A DNA stretch of 64,000 nucleotides from Candidatus Nanoarchaeia archaeon (lineage in GTDB: Archaea > Nanobdellota > Nanobdellia > Woesearchaeales > GW2011-AR4), in NCBI GenBank assembly GCA_035288865.1, contig DATDZA010000018.1, positions 10,065-74,064 of the forward strand. The letters are read 5' to 3'. Position 1 is the first letter of the stretch. Each line of letters opens with the position of its first letter. A program made the translations under genes and the position numbers. This document shows positions 31,887-39,990 of this stretch, piece after piece. Below the pieces are notes generated by a model that saw only the letters and a list, made by a program, of their open reading frames with translations, had not been told where the DNA came from and ran no database searches.

Positions 31887-32510
31887 TTATCTCTTCAGCA
31901 GCAATGCAAGCCTTTTTGCCAGCTTTTCAAACCTGCCCGAACCAATTTCAATTTTTTTTACAGGAATCATCTTCACGAACTCTTTTCCATTTTTATCTTT
32001 GAATATCTCTTTTTTGCCGAAAGAACTGTCAACAGTATAGGGCTGGCCTATATTGTCCCGGAATGGAAATACTTTGATGTGGAGGTGCTCCTTTTTCTCT
32101 TTCCATGTAGTGCACTTGCCATAGGCTGCAACAGGTGCGGAAGAGATTTTCTGTTCGGCGTTGGCCAATAAATTTTCGTTTTGCATCAAAATCACCGTCA
32201 TGGCCCTGCAAATCCTGGAAAATGACAATCCAAAATTTTCTGCCATTCCCTGATATGCGCCGATCTGGGAAAAATGAGTAAGATGGGATATCGGCATAAG
32301 CTGTATTGTAAAATCAAATTCAGGATTGCCCCCGGTTTGTGGGGACAAAGTAGCGAACCAGCCGTTTTTTTTATTCCCTATTTTAAAAATAACCGCACCA
32401 TATCCGGTTTTTTCTCCGACTTTATAGGCTGCATCTTTGCATAAATTACAATTCTTTTTTTGGCCGGCATTCTCCTGCAGAAGCTTTTCTGCTTCCTTGA
32501 CCGCGTGCAT
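31887..32510 (-). CDS. HIT-superfamily GalT/Apa2-branch-like nucleotidyltransferase/phosphorylase (tentative)
   Basis: N-terminal CNLCKD (CxxC, as in GalT/Apa2 zinc sites) and HLHIKVFPF (HxH-x-K in place of HxHxQ). The 207-aa length is typical of Ap4A phosphorylase/ADP-sulfurylase-like proteins. Confidence 0.4.
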   Translation of the reverse strand: MHAVKEAEKLLQENAGQKKNCNLCKDAAYKVGEKTGYGAVIFKIGNKKNGWFATLSPQTGGNPEFDFTIQLMPISHLTHFSQIGAYQGMAENFGLSFSRICRAMTVILMQNENLLANAEQKISSAPVAAYGKCTTWKEKKEHLHIKVFPFRDNIGQPYTVDSSFGKKEIFKDKNGKEFVKMIPVKKIEIGSGRFEKLAKRLALLLKR

Positions 32511-32511
32511 T

Positions 32512-33597
32512 TCAGTCGACCGCCTTTATGTATTCATAATCCCTTCTGCCGCTTAAATAAGAGTCAAAATAACCGACAACAAGCCTGTGATATTTTTTTC
32601 CGGATTTAGGAATCACTTCCTCAACAACGCCGCTCGCCTCAATTTTTTCATTTTTATATGCAAGCATGCAGTAGTCCCTTGAGTAAAAAACTACTTTGCT
32701 TATGGCGGCATTTGTGCACGTTGAATCGCCATCAAGAAATCTTGAATCAGAAATCAAATAGCAGCCAGGCCTGACCACTGAATTTTTATGGTCTCCGACC
32801 AAACCAATATATTTTGCCTGCCCAATTCTTCTGTATTTTTCACTGCCCCACTTGAACCATGCTTCATTTTCAAGCTCGACGGCGAATATTACAAACAAGG
32901 TCCCCTTGAAGAAGCCTTCTGACTTTTTTCTGTGCATATTTTCTATATATTTCTCCTTTTTATGCACCATATGCCTGTTGCGCTTTTTGTAGAATGATTC
33001 CCACTCGCTGTAAGTTTTCCACCTTAGGCCTTTGTTGGATGTTTTTTTAAGAAATTCCATAAGGCTCCAAAATTTATTTTTTCCATAAACCACGATGTTT
33101 ATGTCAGACATATTGGGTGAGTAATGGCCCATAAGTGTCGAGTAGGTTATCCCAAAATCTTCAGGCTTGAGGCCGCTTTTTAAAAGCAGCGACACAAGCT
33201 CAACCACATTCCTAAGGTGCTGGTCCAGGTCTTTATCCGGCATTCCCATAAGCTGTGCCAGGCCCTCTCTTGGGGAATATTCCCTTTCTATATTTTTTTT
33301 TGGCACTGCAAAAAACAGGGGGCTTTTGTCGTGAACAGGGCTCCTGAAAATGTACTGGGGATAAGCCTTTGCAAATGAATTAATGTATTGCGTAAGCTTT
33401 TCAGTGTCAATCCACAAATCCAGGCGGTTCATCTTTCTTCCGGAAATAAATCTGTAGGACAGAGCGTCGCTTGAAATTATATCGGTAGGAATATATTTTG
33501 GCTTGATCAAAACCCTGCCTTCAGGATGCTGATTGCCATAAACTTGGCAATGCAATCCGTCAATTGTGGTAATTATTGAAGATTCGTAAAAGTGCAT
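32512..33597 (-). CDS. Polβ-superfamily nucleotidyltransferase-domain protein, paralog A (DxN variant)
   Basis: Central MGHYSPNMSDINIVVYGK aligns with the minimal-NTase GS...SDIDL motif, with the second acidic residue replaced by N. The likely start is the MHFYES methionine at 33597, not the upstream ATG of the track ORF. Confidence 0.55.
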   Translation of the reverse strand: MHFYESSIITTIDGLHCQVYGNQHPEGRVLIKPKYIPTDIISSDALSYRFISGRKMNRLDLWIDTEKLTQYINSFAKAYPQYIFRSPVHDKSPLFFAVPKKNIEREYSPREGLAQLMGMPDKDLDQHLRNVVELVSLLLKSGLKPEDFGITYSTLMGHYSPNMSDINIVVYGKNKFWSLMEFLKKTSNKGLRWKTYSEWESFYKKRNRHMVHKKEKYIENMHRKKSEGFFKGTLFVIFAVELENEAWFKWGSEKYRRIGQAKYIGLVGDHKNSVVRPGCYLISDSRFLDGDSTCTNAAISKVVFYSRDYCMLAYKNEKIEASGVVEEVIPKSGKKYHRLVVGYFDSYLSGRRDYEYIKAVD

Positions 33598-33598
33598 T

Positions 33599-34708
33599 TT
33601 AAAAACCCGACTTAATAAATTCTTTTTCTCTCCTTTCATTGAGATAAGCGTCAAAATAACCGATTACCAGCCGGTAATATTTCGTGCCTTTTTTAGGAGT
33701 CACCATCTCAAGGAGCCCGCAGGCAGTTATTTCTTCCCCTTTCAGTGCCTGCTGCACAAAAGGGATTGAGTATGTCACAACTCTTTTGATTTCCAAAGAA
33801 CCATCAATTTTTATATTTTTTAAATGAAAATCTATTATTTTTCCGTTTGTAATTTCATAAAATCCTGGTCTCACATGGCTGTTATAATGATCTGTAACTT
33901 TTCCTTTTATTGTGACCGTTCCCAGCGGCTCAAATTTGTCCTCGCCCCATCTGAACCAGGTTTCCTGAGGCTCTTCAACAGTAAATAATGTGAAAACTGT
34001 GCCGGAGAACATTCCTTCATACCTTTTTCTCCTCATATGGTCGACATATTCTTTTTGCGTGAATTGCACTGATTCCGAAGTTTTATGCTCCTGATAATAT
34101 CTTTTCCATTCTTCATCAGTTTTCCAGTGCAATTTTTCATGCTTTGCATTTTTGAGATAATTAAAAATTTTCCATCCGTTGCCCTTGCCGTAGATTATTA
34201 TATCAATGTCGGACTTTCCAATAGTATAATTTCCCATTAAAGTAGAATGTGTTATGCCGAGATTTTCAGGCTTTACTCCGCTTTTTGCCAGGAATTCGAT
34301 GAGTTCCATTACGGAAATCAAATATTCATCCAAGTCTTTTCTTGGAACCTGCATTAGCTCCTGCAGGCCTTTCCGTGGATCATGGATTGCGATTATTTTT
34401 TCTCTCGGAACAGCAAAAAACCAGTTTTTGGTGTCATTGCAGTTATATATATAGTCAGGAAATTTTTTCTTGAACTGCACGACATAAGACTTGAGCTTTT
34501 CCTTGTCTGCAAACAAATTAAACCTTATCATGCATTTTTCAAATAAAAATCTGTACTTCAGGCCGCTGCCTTCCAGCGCATTTTTAGGTATGTATTTGGG
34601 CTTGACTATAACATATCCTTTGGGGTGCTCGTTCGAGTACGATTTGCACTGAAACCCGTCCACAGTATCCAGCAATATTGATTCGTAAAAATGCATATAA
34701 ATCACCAA
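33599..34708 (-). CDS. Polβ-superfamily nucleotidyltransferase-domain protein, paralog B (intact DxD)
   Basis: MGNYTIGKSDIDIIIYGK (G-S...DxD). Same tri-partite layout as paralog A. The likely start is MHFYES at 34696. Confidence 0.55.
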   Translation of the reverse strand: MVIYMHFYESILLDTVDGFQCKSYSNEHPKGYVIVKPKYIPKNALEGSGLKYRFLFEKCMIRFNLFADKEKLKSYVVQFKKKFPDYIYNCNDTKNWFFAVPREKIIAIHDPRKGLQELMQVPRKDLDEYLISVMELIEFLAKSGVKPENLGITHSTLMGNYTIGKSDIDIIIYGKGNGWKIFNYLKNAKHEKLHWKTDEEWKRYYQEHKTSESVQFTQKEYVDHMRRKRYEGMFSGTVFTLFTVEEPQETWFRWGEDKFEPLGTVTIKGKVTDHYNSHVRPGFYEITNGKIIDFHLKNIKIDGSLEIKRVVTYSIPFVQQALKGEEITACGLLEMVTPKKGTKYYRLVIGYFDAYLNERREKEFIKSGF

Positions 34709-34812
34709 AAACTTATTGTAAATGTATTATTCTATTCTATTTAAATTTAACTTAATGCGATAAGGAAACCAGTCTGTAATAAATTATGCTAGTTCAGATT
34801 TTAATCTGCATT

Positions 34813-35898
34813 TTATTTTAAATCTTTAAGAATTTTATTTAATTTTTCTGATAATTTTTTCCAGTCAAAGTTTATAACATCTTCACCATAATCTGGCCTG
34901 GAATTATTTTCAAGCTTGAGCATTATCTTCTCGCTGAAATCATCAACATTGCCGGGAGAAGCCAGGCTTCCATTATATTTCTTAAGCATAAATGAAACAT
35001 CTCCGATGTCGGTTGCAACAATCGGAACATTGCATGCCAAGTATTCCGCTAATTTATACGGGAAGCAGTATTTAGTAAATTCGTTTGCTGTATTTGGAAT
35101 AACAGCAACATCAGCAGAATTAATTCCCAGAACAACATCCTCCCTTTTTGGAAAAGCCCTAAATATGATATTTTTCTGCTTTATGTTAAGCCCTTTTTCA
35201 ATCTCTCCGCTCAGGAGAAGATAGGTATCAGGAAAATCCTGCTTTACTTTGCTAAAAGAATGAAGCAGTATATTGGCGCCTTTTAATTTCTCAAGATGGC
35301 CAATGTATACTATAATTTTGGATTTTAATGGTAATTTTAATTTTTTTCTTGCTTTTTCCCTATCTATAGGCTTGAATAAATCTAGCTCAATTCCGTTTTG
35401 AATAACGTACGTCGGCTTTTTCCTTGTCTTTGAAACATACTCCTTCAAACTCTCGCTGACCGTCAGAACAATATCAGCTTCATCAACAGCTTTTTTATGA
35501 AAATATGAAACAAAAGGAAACCTGTATGTATCATATGTTTCAAAATTATCCTGCAGGTCATATATTAAAGGTAAATGAAATTTTTTTGATAGGTGATTAC
35601 CCAGAGCACCAATTAACGGGTCAGATGATGCTACAATAACATCATAATTTTCTTTTTTAATTAATTTTTTTGCTTCATCGATAAAAGAAAATATTGAAAA
35701 AAATGATACCGGGGCAATAAAGAAACTCACACCATTTCTTTTAATAATCTTGGATTCTTTTTTTGTATAATCCGGGCATAGAAAATCAATTTGATGCTCT
35801 TTTGCCAGATTTTCAAACAATCTTATCTGGCGCCCGAAATAGGTGAGAACCATGTCCTTATTGGCGCCAAAGCGCTTCATTATGACGAGAATTTTCAT
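34813..35898 (-). CDS. family 4 (GT-B) glycosyltransferase
   Basis: GT4 fold, C-terminal CNVPIVATDIGD region, 361 aa. Confidence 0.7.
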   Translation of the reverse strand: MKILVIMKRFGANKDMVLTYFGRQIRLFENLAKEHQIDFLCPDYTKKESKIIKRNGVSFFIAPVSFFSIFSFIDEAKKLIKKENYDVIVASSDPLIGALGNHLSKKFHLPLIYDLQDNFETYDTYRFPFVSYFHKKAVDEADIVLTVSESLKEYVSKTRKKPTYVIQNGIELDLFKPIDREKARKKLKLPLKSKIIVYIGHLEKLKGANILLHSFSKVKQDFPDTYLLLSGEIEKGLNIKQKNIIFRAFPKREDVVLGINSADVAVIPNTANEFTKYCFPYKLAEYLACNVPIVATDIGDVSFMLKKYNGSLASPGNVDDFSEKIMLKLENNSRPDYGEDVINFDWKKLSEKLNKILKDLK

Positions 35899-35922
35899 TT
35901 TTTTAATTAGATTTTAATTATT

Positions 35923-36906
35923 TTAATTAATATTATTTTTATAATAATTTCTGTACCACTCAATCGTTTCTTTCAGGCCTTGTTCAATTGTGTATTTTGG
36001 CCGCCATTTCAGCAATTTCTGAGCTTTTTCCGTTGCAAGATACTGCCTGTCAATTTCATTTTTTGCCTGGCCGAGGATTTTAGGTTTTGTATTTTTTCCC
36101 ATCAGTTTTATTATTTTATTGTATAAATCAATGACGCTTATGGGTTTTGAAGTTCCAAAATTAAATGCCTGCCCGACAACTTCTTTCCTATGCAGGTTTT
36201 CTGCCAATGTCAAATAAGCGCTGACGGCATCCTTGATGTACAGATAATCCCTTTCTGGAGTGCCGTCACTTCTTATCACAGGCTGTTCTCCCAGAAGTAC
36301 AGTAGTTATCACATCCGGAATAATCCTGCTCATGTTCATATCAGCTGGGCCGTATGTGTTTGCATTCCTGGTTATAGCTAATGGCAGATTGTAAGTCATA
36401 AAATAGCATCTTGCAAGAATCTCAGCGCACGCTTTTGATGCGTCATAAGGATAATACCCGTTTAATGGGGATTCTTCGGTGTAAGGCAATTTTTTTTGTT
36501 GGCCGTAGGCTTTGTCTGATGATGCAATAATTAATCCTTTAACGGTCTTTGATAATCTTGAAGTTTCCAGAATGTTCCATGTTCCTTTTATGTTGGATTC
36601 GAATGTTGACAGCGGGCTTCTGTTCGCAGGGCCCACAATTGCCTGAGCTGCAATGTGGAAGACAAACTGAATGTCATATTCATTTATGGTTCTTTCGCAA
36701 TCATGAAAATTAACTAAATCACCGTGTATAATACTAACTTTATTTCTTAATCCCAAAACGTCAATGTTGCTTGTTTTTTTAACGTCCCGGACAATTGTTG
36801 TTACAACTGCTCCTTTGTCGACCAACGCTTTTGCAATATGGCTTCCTATAAATCCGTCTGCTCCGGTAACCAGAACATTCATGCCTTTCCAGCTTATTTC
36901 AGCCAT
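35923..36906 (-). CDS. rfbG: CDP-glucose 4,6-dehydratase
   Basis: SWKGMNVLVTGADGFIGSH, SSDKAYG, YDASKACAE (YxxxK). Collinear with DdhB/RfbG-type enzymes. Confidence 0.75.
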   Translation of the reverse strand: MAEISWKGMNVLVTGADGFIGSHIAKALVDKGAVVTTIVRDVKKTSNIDVLGLRNKVSIIHGDLVNFHDCERTINEYDIQFVFHIAAQAIVGPANRSPLSTFESNIKGTWNILETSRLSKTVKGLIIASSDKAYGQQKKLPYTEESPLNGYYPYDASKACAEILARCYFMTYNLPLAITRNANTYGPADMNMSRIIPDVITTVLLGEQPVIRSDGTPERDYLYIKDAVSAYLTLAENLHRKEVVGQAFNFGTSKPISVIDLYNKIIKLMGKNTKPKILGQAKNEIDRQYLATEKAQKLLKWRPKYTIEQGLKETIEWYRNYYKNNIN

Positions 36907-37586
36907 TTCATTTCTCCTTTATTATAAATTTCATTAAGCTCGATGACATCCTTCAGGGTATTCATTGACTTCCAATAACCTTTGTGTCTGAAAGCTGCAA
37001 TTTGTTTTGATTTTGCCAAATCTCTTAAAACATCCCTTTCCAAATCGTATCCTTTTTTCATGTATTTGAAAATTTTTTTATTGAAAACATAAAAGCCTCC
37101 GTTCATGAAATGTTCTAATTTTGGCTTTTCTTTAAAGCCAATGACTTCGCTTTTTTTGTTTAATTCCAAAATTCCGAATGGGGATTCAAGATTTACTGCA
37201 GTTAATGTAACTGTTTTCTTATTTTTCTTATGAAATTCCAATAATTTTTTCAGGTCAACATCACTCAAGTCATCGCCGTATGTGACAAAAAAATTATCAT
37301 CCTTGATTAAGTGCTTCACTTTCTGTATTCTTTCTGCCTTGTTTGTTTCTGCGCCAGTATCAATGAATTGAATTTCTATTTTTTTTTCATTTTTGAAATA
37401 TTCTCTGATTTTTTCTCCCTTGTAGCCCAAGCAGAAAACAAAATCTTTATGGCCAAATCTTTTGTACATCTGAACAAGATGCCATAAAATCGGCTTATTG
37501 CCTACATTAATCAAGGGCTTAGGAATTTCCTCAGTATATTCGCTTAATCTGGTACCTTTCCCCCCGCATAACACGATAACTTGCAT
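36894..37586 (-). CDS. rfbF: glucose-1-phosphate cytidylyltransferase
   Basis: VIVLCGGKGTRLSEYTEEIPKPLINVGNKPILWHLVQMY is near-identical in pattern to RfbF/DdhA. Confidence 0.85.
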   Translation of the reverse strand: MQVIVLCGGKGTRLSEYTEEIPKPLINVGNKPILWHLVQMYKRFGHKDFVFCLGYKGEKIREYFKNEKKIEIQFIDTGAETNKAERIQKVKHLIKDDNFFVTYGDDLSDVDLKKLLEFHKKNKKTVTLTAVNLESPFGILELNKKSEVIGFKEKPKLEHFMNGGFYVFNKKIFKYMKKGYDLERDVLRDLAKSKQIAAFRHKGYWKSMNTLKDVIELNEIYNKGEMKWLK

Positions 37587-37639
37587 ATCAGCTAAGGTTA
37601 GAATTCAGTTTAAAAAGATTGCGGATTAGATTGGTAGTC

Positions 37640-38290
37640 TTACTTTTTCTCAGCAACCACAAAATAATAAGTCGGGAACCTCGCTGTTTTATCTAGAAAA
37701 TCCAGAATGCTGAATATTTGTGATATAATATAAAATGGCCATAAAATACAAGTCAATATTTGAATAAACTTCCTAATTTGCTTTGGAAATAATAATGGAA
37801 TTCCTTTAATTAGTGAATGCAAAATCACAGCAGGCACATTGAAAATTCCGCCTATGGTTTCAATTCTTTTAATTTTAAAATCTTCTTCCAATAAGGTTCT
37901 TAATCCATATTCTGTAAAGCGGTATTTATCATCGGGCGCATCGTGGATTGGATAAAAAAATGGCACTATCAGAATTAATTTTCCGTCATTTTTTAATATT
38001 TTATTTATGGATTTTATAACAATAAACGGATTTTTGAAATAATAAAATGAATTCACAGAAATAACTTTGTCAAAAGAATTGGATTTGAAGGGAAGATTAT
38101 TAGCGTCAGAAACGATGTGCGTTCTGGAAGTTTTGTTTATGTCCAGGCAAACAATTTTTCCTTCAATATCTTCGTGATAATATGGCTTTGAGCCGCAGCC
38201 CAAATCAAGAATTTTGTCTGATTTTTTGTCAAACCATTCATTAATTAATCTTTTTATTTTTTCTTTTATAAAAAAAAATTCCCCTATCAT
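37640..38290 (-). CDS. class I SAM-dependent methyltransferase
   Basis: ILDLGCGSKPY motif I and the acidic loop HIVSDANNLPF. Confidence 0.65.
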   Translation of the reverse strand: MIGEFFFIKEKIKRLINEWFDKKSDKILDLGCGSKPYYHEDIEGKIVCLDINKTSRTHIVSDANNLPFKSNSFDKVISVNSFYYFKNPFIVIKSINKILKNDGKLILIVPFFYPIHDAPDDKYRFTEYGLRTLLEEDFKIKRIETIGGIFNVPAVILHSLIKGIPLLFPKQIRKFIQILTCILWPFYIISQIFSILDFLDKTARFPTYYFVVAEKK

Positions 38291-39012
38291 TTTATTGCCT
38301 TCACAACGATATAATGGCTATGGTAAATATCAATCTTTGATAAAAAAACCGATATGAAATGCGGAAATGGATAGTATCCAAATCCTTCTGAACTCTTAAT
38401 TTTGAAATTAAAATCTTTTAATAAGCCAATCAATGCTTTTGTCGTCATCACTTTGACATGGTCCAATGTTTCAGATTCCTCTGAAAAAATTTTTTTCATT
38501 CTGGCTTTGTTTAATTGTTTTACAATGCCGCAGTCAGATTTGTAATCCGGCTTTATTGTTGGGCCGGAAAATGGCTGGATTCCCATAAATAAGGCAAAAA
38601 CATTATGCCAGCTTGCGAGATTTGGGGTGCCTATAATTACATACCCATTTTTTTTTAATATCCTGTGCAGTTCGGAAACAAAAAGTCGCACATTGACCAG
38701 ATGTTCTATCACATGATAGGCTATTATGACATCAAAAAGATTGTCATTGTAAGGCAATTTTTTGTTTAAATCTGAAATCTTAACTTTAATCCCATTTTTT
38801 TGAGCTTCCAGCGCCTTGTTTTTATTTAATTCAATTCCGTGCAGAAATTTTGTTCCTATAATGCTGCCAAATTTTTTTGTGTTGATTCCGTCCCAGCATC
38901 CACAGTCCAGCAGAACTGCATTTTTATATTGCTCAAGCATAGACTCGGCAGCTATGCCTGAATTTTTTGCAGTATTCTCGTATAGGTTAGAAAAATAATT
39001 TCTTAGCATCAA
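38287..39012 (-). CDS. class I SAM-dependent methyltransferase
   Basis: VLLDCGCWDGINT motif I and DVIIAYHVIEHL. Confidence 0.65.
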   Translation of the reverse strand: MMLRNYFSNLYENTAKNSGIAAESMLEQYKNAVLLDCGCWDGINTKKFGSIIGTKFLHGIELNKNKALEAQKNGIKVKISDLNKKLPYNDNLFDVIIAYHVIEHLVNVRLFVSELHRILKKNGYVIIGTPNLASWHNVFALFMGIQPFSGPTIKPDYKSDCGIVKQLNKARMKKIFSEESETLDHVKVMTTKALIGLLKDFNFKIKSSEGFGYYPFPHFISVFLSKIDIYHSHYIVVKAIK

Positions 39013-39951
39013 TTATCTGCCCTCAAACATATCAGCTAGTAATGCAAATGTCAAAAGCTGAAATCCTATGCTTAGGATTATCACGTCCAGCATCATCAAT
39101 GCAAGATGTCCCGCAATTCCGGTTGTCAAGTGGAGGTAAATCAGGTAAACCCCAATTAGGATGCCAAATGAAAAGATTAATGTTCCCAGAACTCCAAAAA
39201 ATTTTAGTGGCTTGTAATCGCGGTATATCCTTAAAATATTTATCCATGCTTTTAATGCATAACTGAATGGGTTGCTTATCAGCCTGCTTTTATCCTTTCT
39301 CTTTGCAAAATAAATCGGAACTTCTTTAATTTTAAATTTATTTTTAGCAGCTCGTATTATCTGCTCCTGCGTGTATGTGTGGTCTGACCTTATTATAACT
39401 TTTTTTGCAAAGTCTTTTGTAAACGCCCGGAACCCTGTCTGCGCATCTGAAATTTTTATTCCTGCAATGCCGGAAACAACGTCGGAAAATGCTTTATTGC
39501 CAAACCTGTTTATCATTGGCATATATTCTATTTTTCCCAAGAATCTGCTTCCCAAAACCAAATCATACCCTTTATTTATTTCATTAATCAGTATTGGAAT
39601 CTCATTTGCCTGATACTGCATGTCCGCATCAATGTGCACAATCACATCTGCGCCAAGCTCCAAAGATTTTTCTATCTCGGTTCTGAAAGTTTCCGCCAGC
39701 CCATAATTTTTTGCGTGCGAATAAACAACCGCTTTTGCGCTCTTTGCAGCTTTTGCTGTCTTGTCAGAGCTACCATCATCGAGAACGAGAATTTTATAGC
39801 TATATCTCTTTTCTTTCATTACCTTATGGATATTGCCAACCAAAGCGCCTATTGTTTTTTCCTCATTATAGGCGGGAATAGTGACTACAATCATCATGCA
39901 TTGCAATAAGAAAGTTCGGTTTAAATATGTTTCTAAATTTGTATTATTCAA
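39013..39951 (-). CDS. GT2 dolichyl-phosphate sugar synthase-like glycosyltransferase (DPM1/AglD-like, C-terminal TM)
   Basis: VTIPAYNEE, LDDGSSDKT, DADMQY and C-terminal membrane helices. The true start is probably the internal MMIVV. Confidence 0.75.
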   Translation of the reverse strand: MNNTNLETYLNRTFLLQCMMIVVTIPAYNEEKTIGALVGNIHKVMKEKRYSYKILVLDDGSSDKTAKAAKSAKAVVYSHAKNYGLAETFRTEIEKSLELGADVIVHIDADMQYQANEIPILINEINKGYDLVLGSRFLGKIEYMPMINRFGNKAFSDVVSGIAGIKISDAQTGFRAFTKDFAKKVIIRSDHTYTQEQIIRAAKNKFKIKEVPIYFAKRKDKSRLISNPFSYALKAWINILRIYRDYKPLKFFGVLGTLIFSFGILIGVYLIYLHLTTGIAGHLALMMLDVIILSIGFQLLTFALLADMFEGR

Positions 39952-39990
39952 TCCAAAAAGCTTTTAATATGCATTAATTTAATTCATTAA

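Noticed and set aside
32512-34708. Considered the tRNA(Ile2) agmatidine synthetase TiaS or a CCA-adding enzyme for the tandem NTase-domain proteins
   Set aside because: Both are single-copy housekeeping enzymes. There is no Zn-ribbon (no CxxC pairs) and no head/neck/tail CCA-enzyme layout. The tandem duplication with a DxN variant argues for an accessory function.
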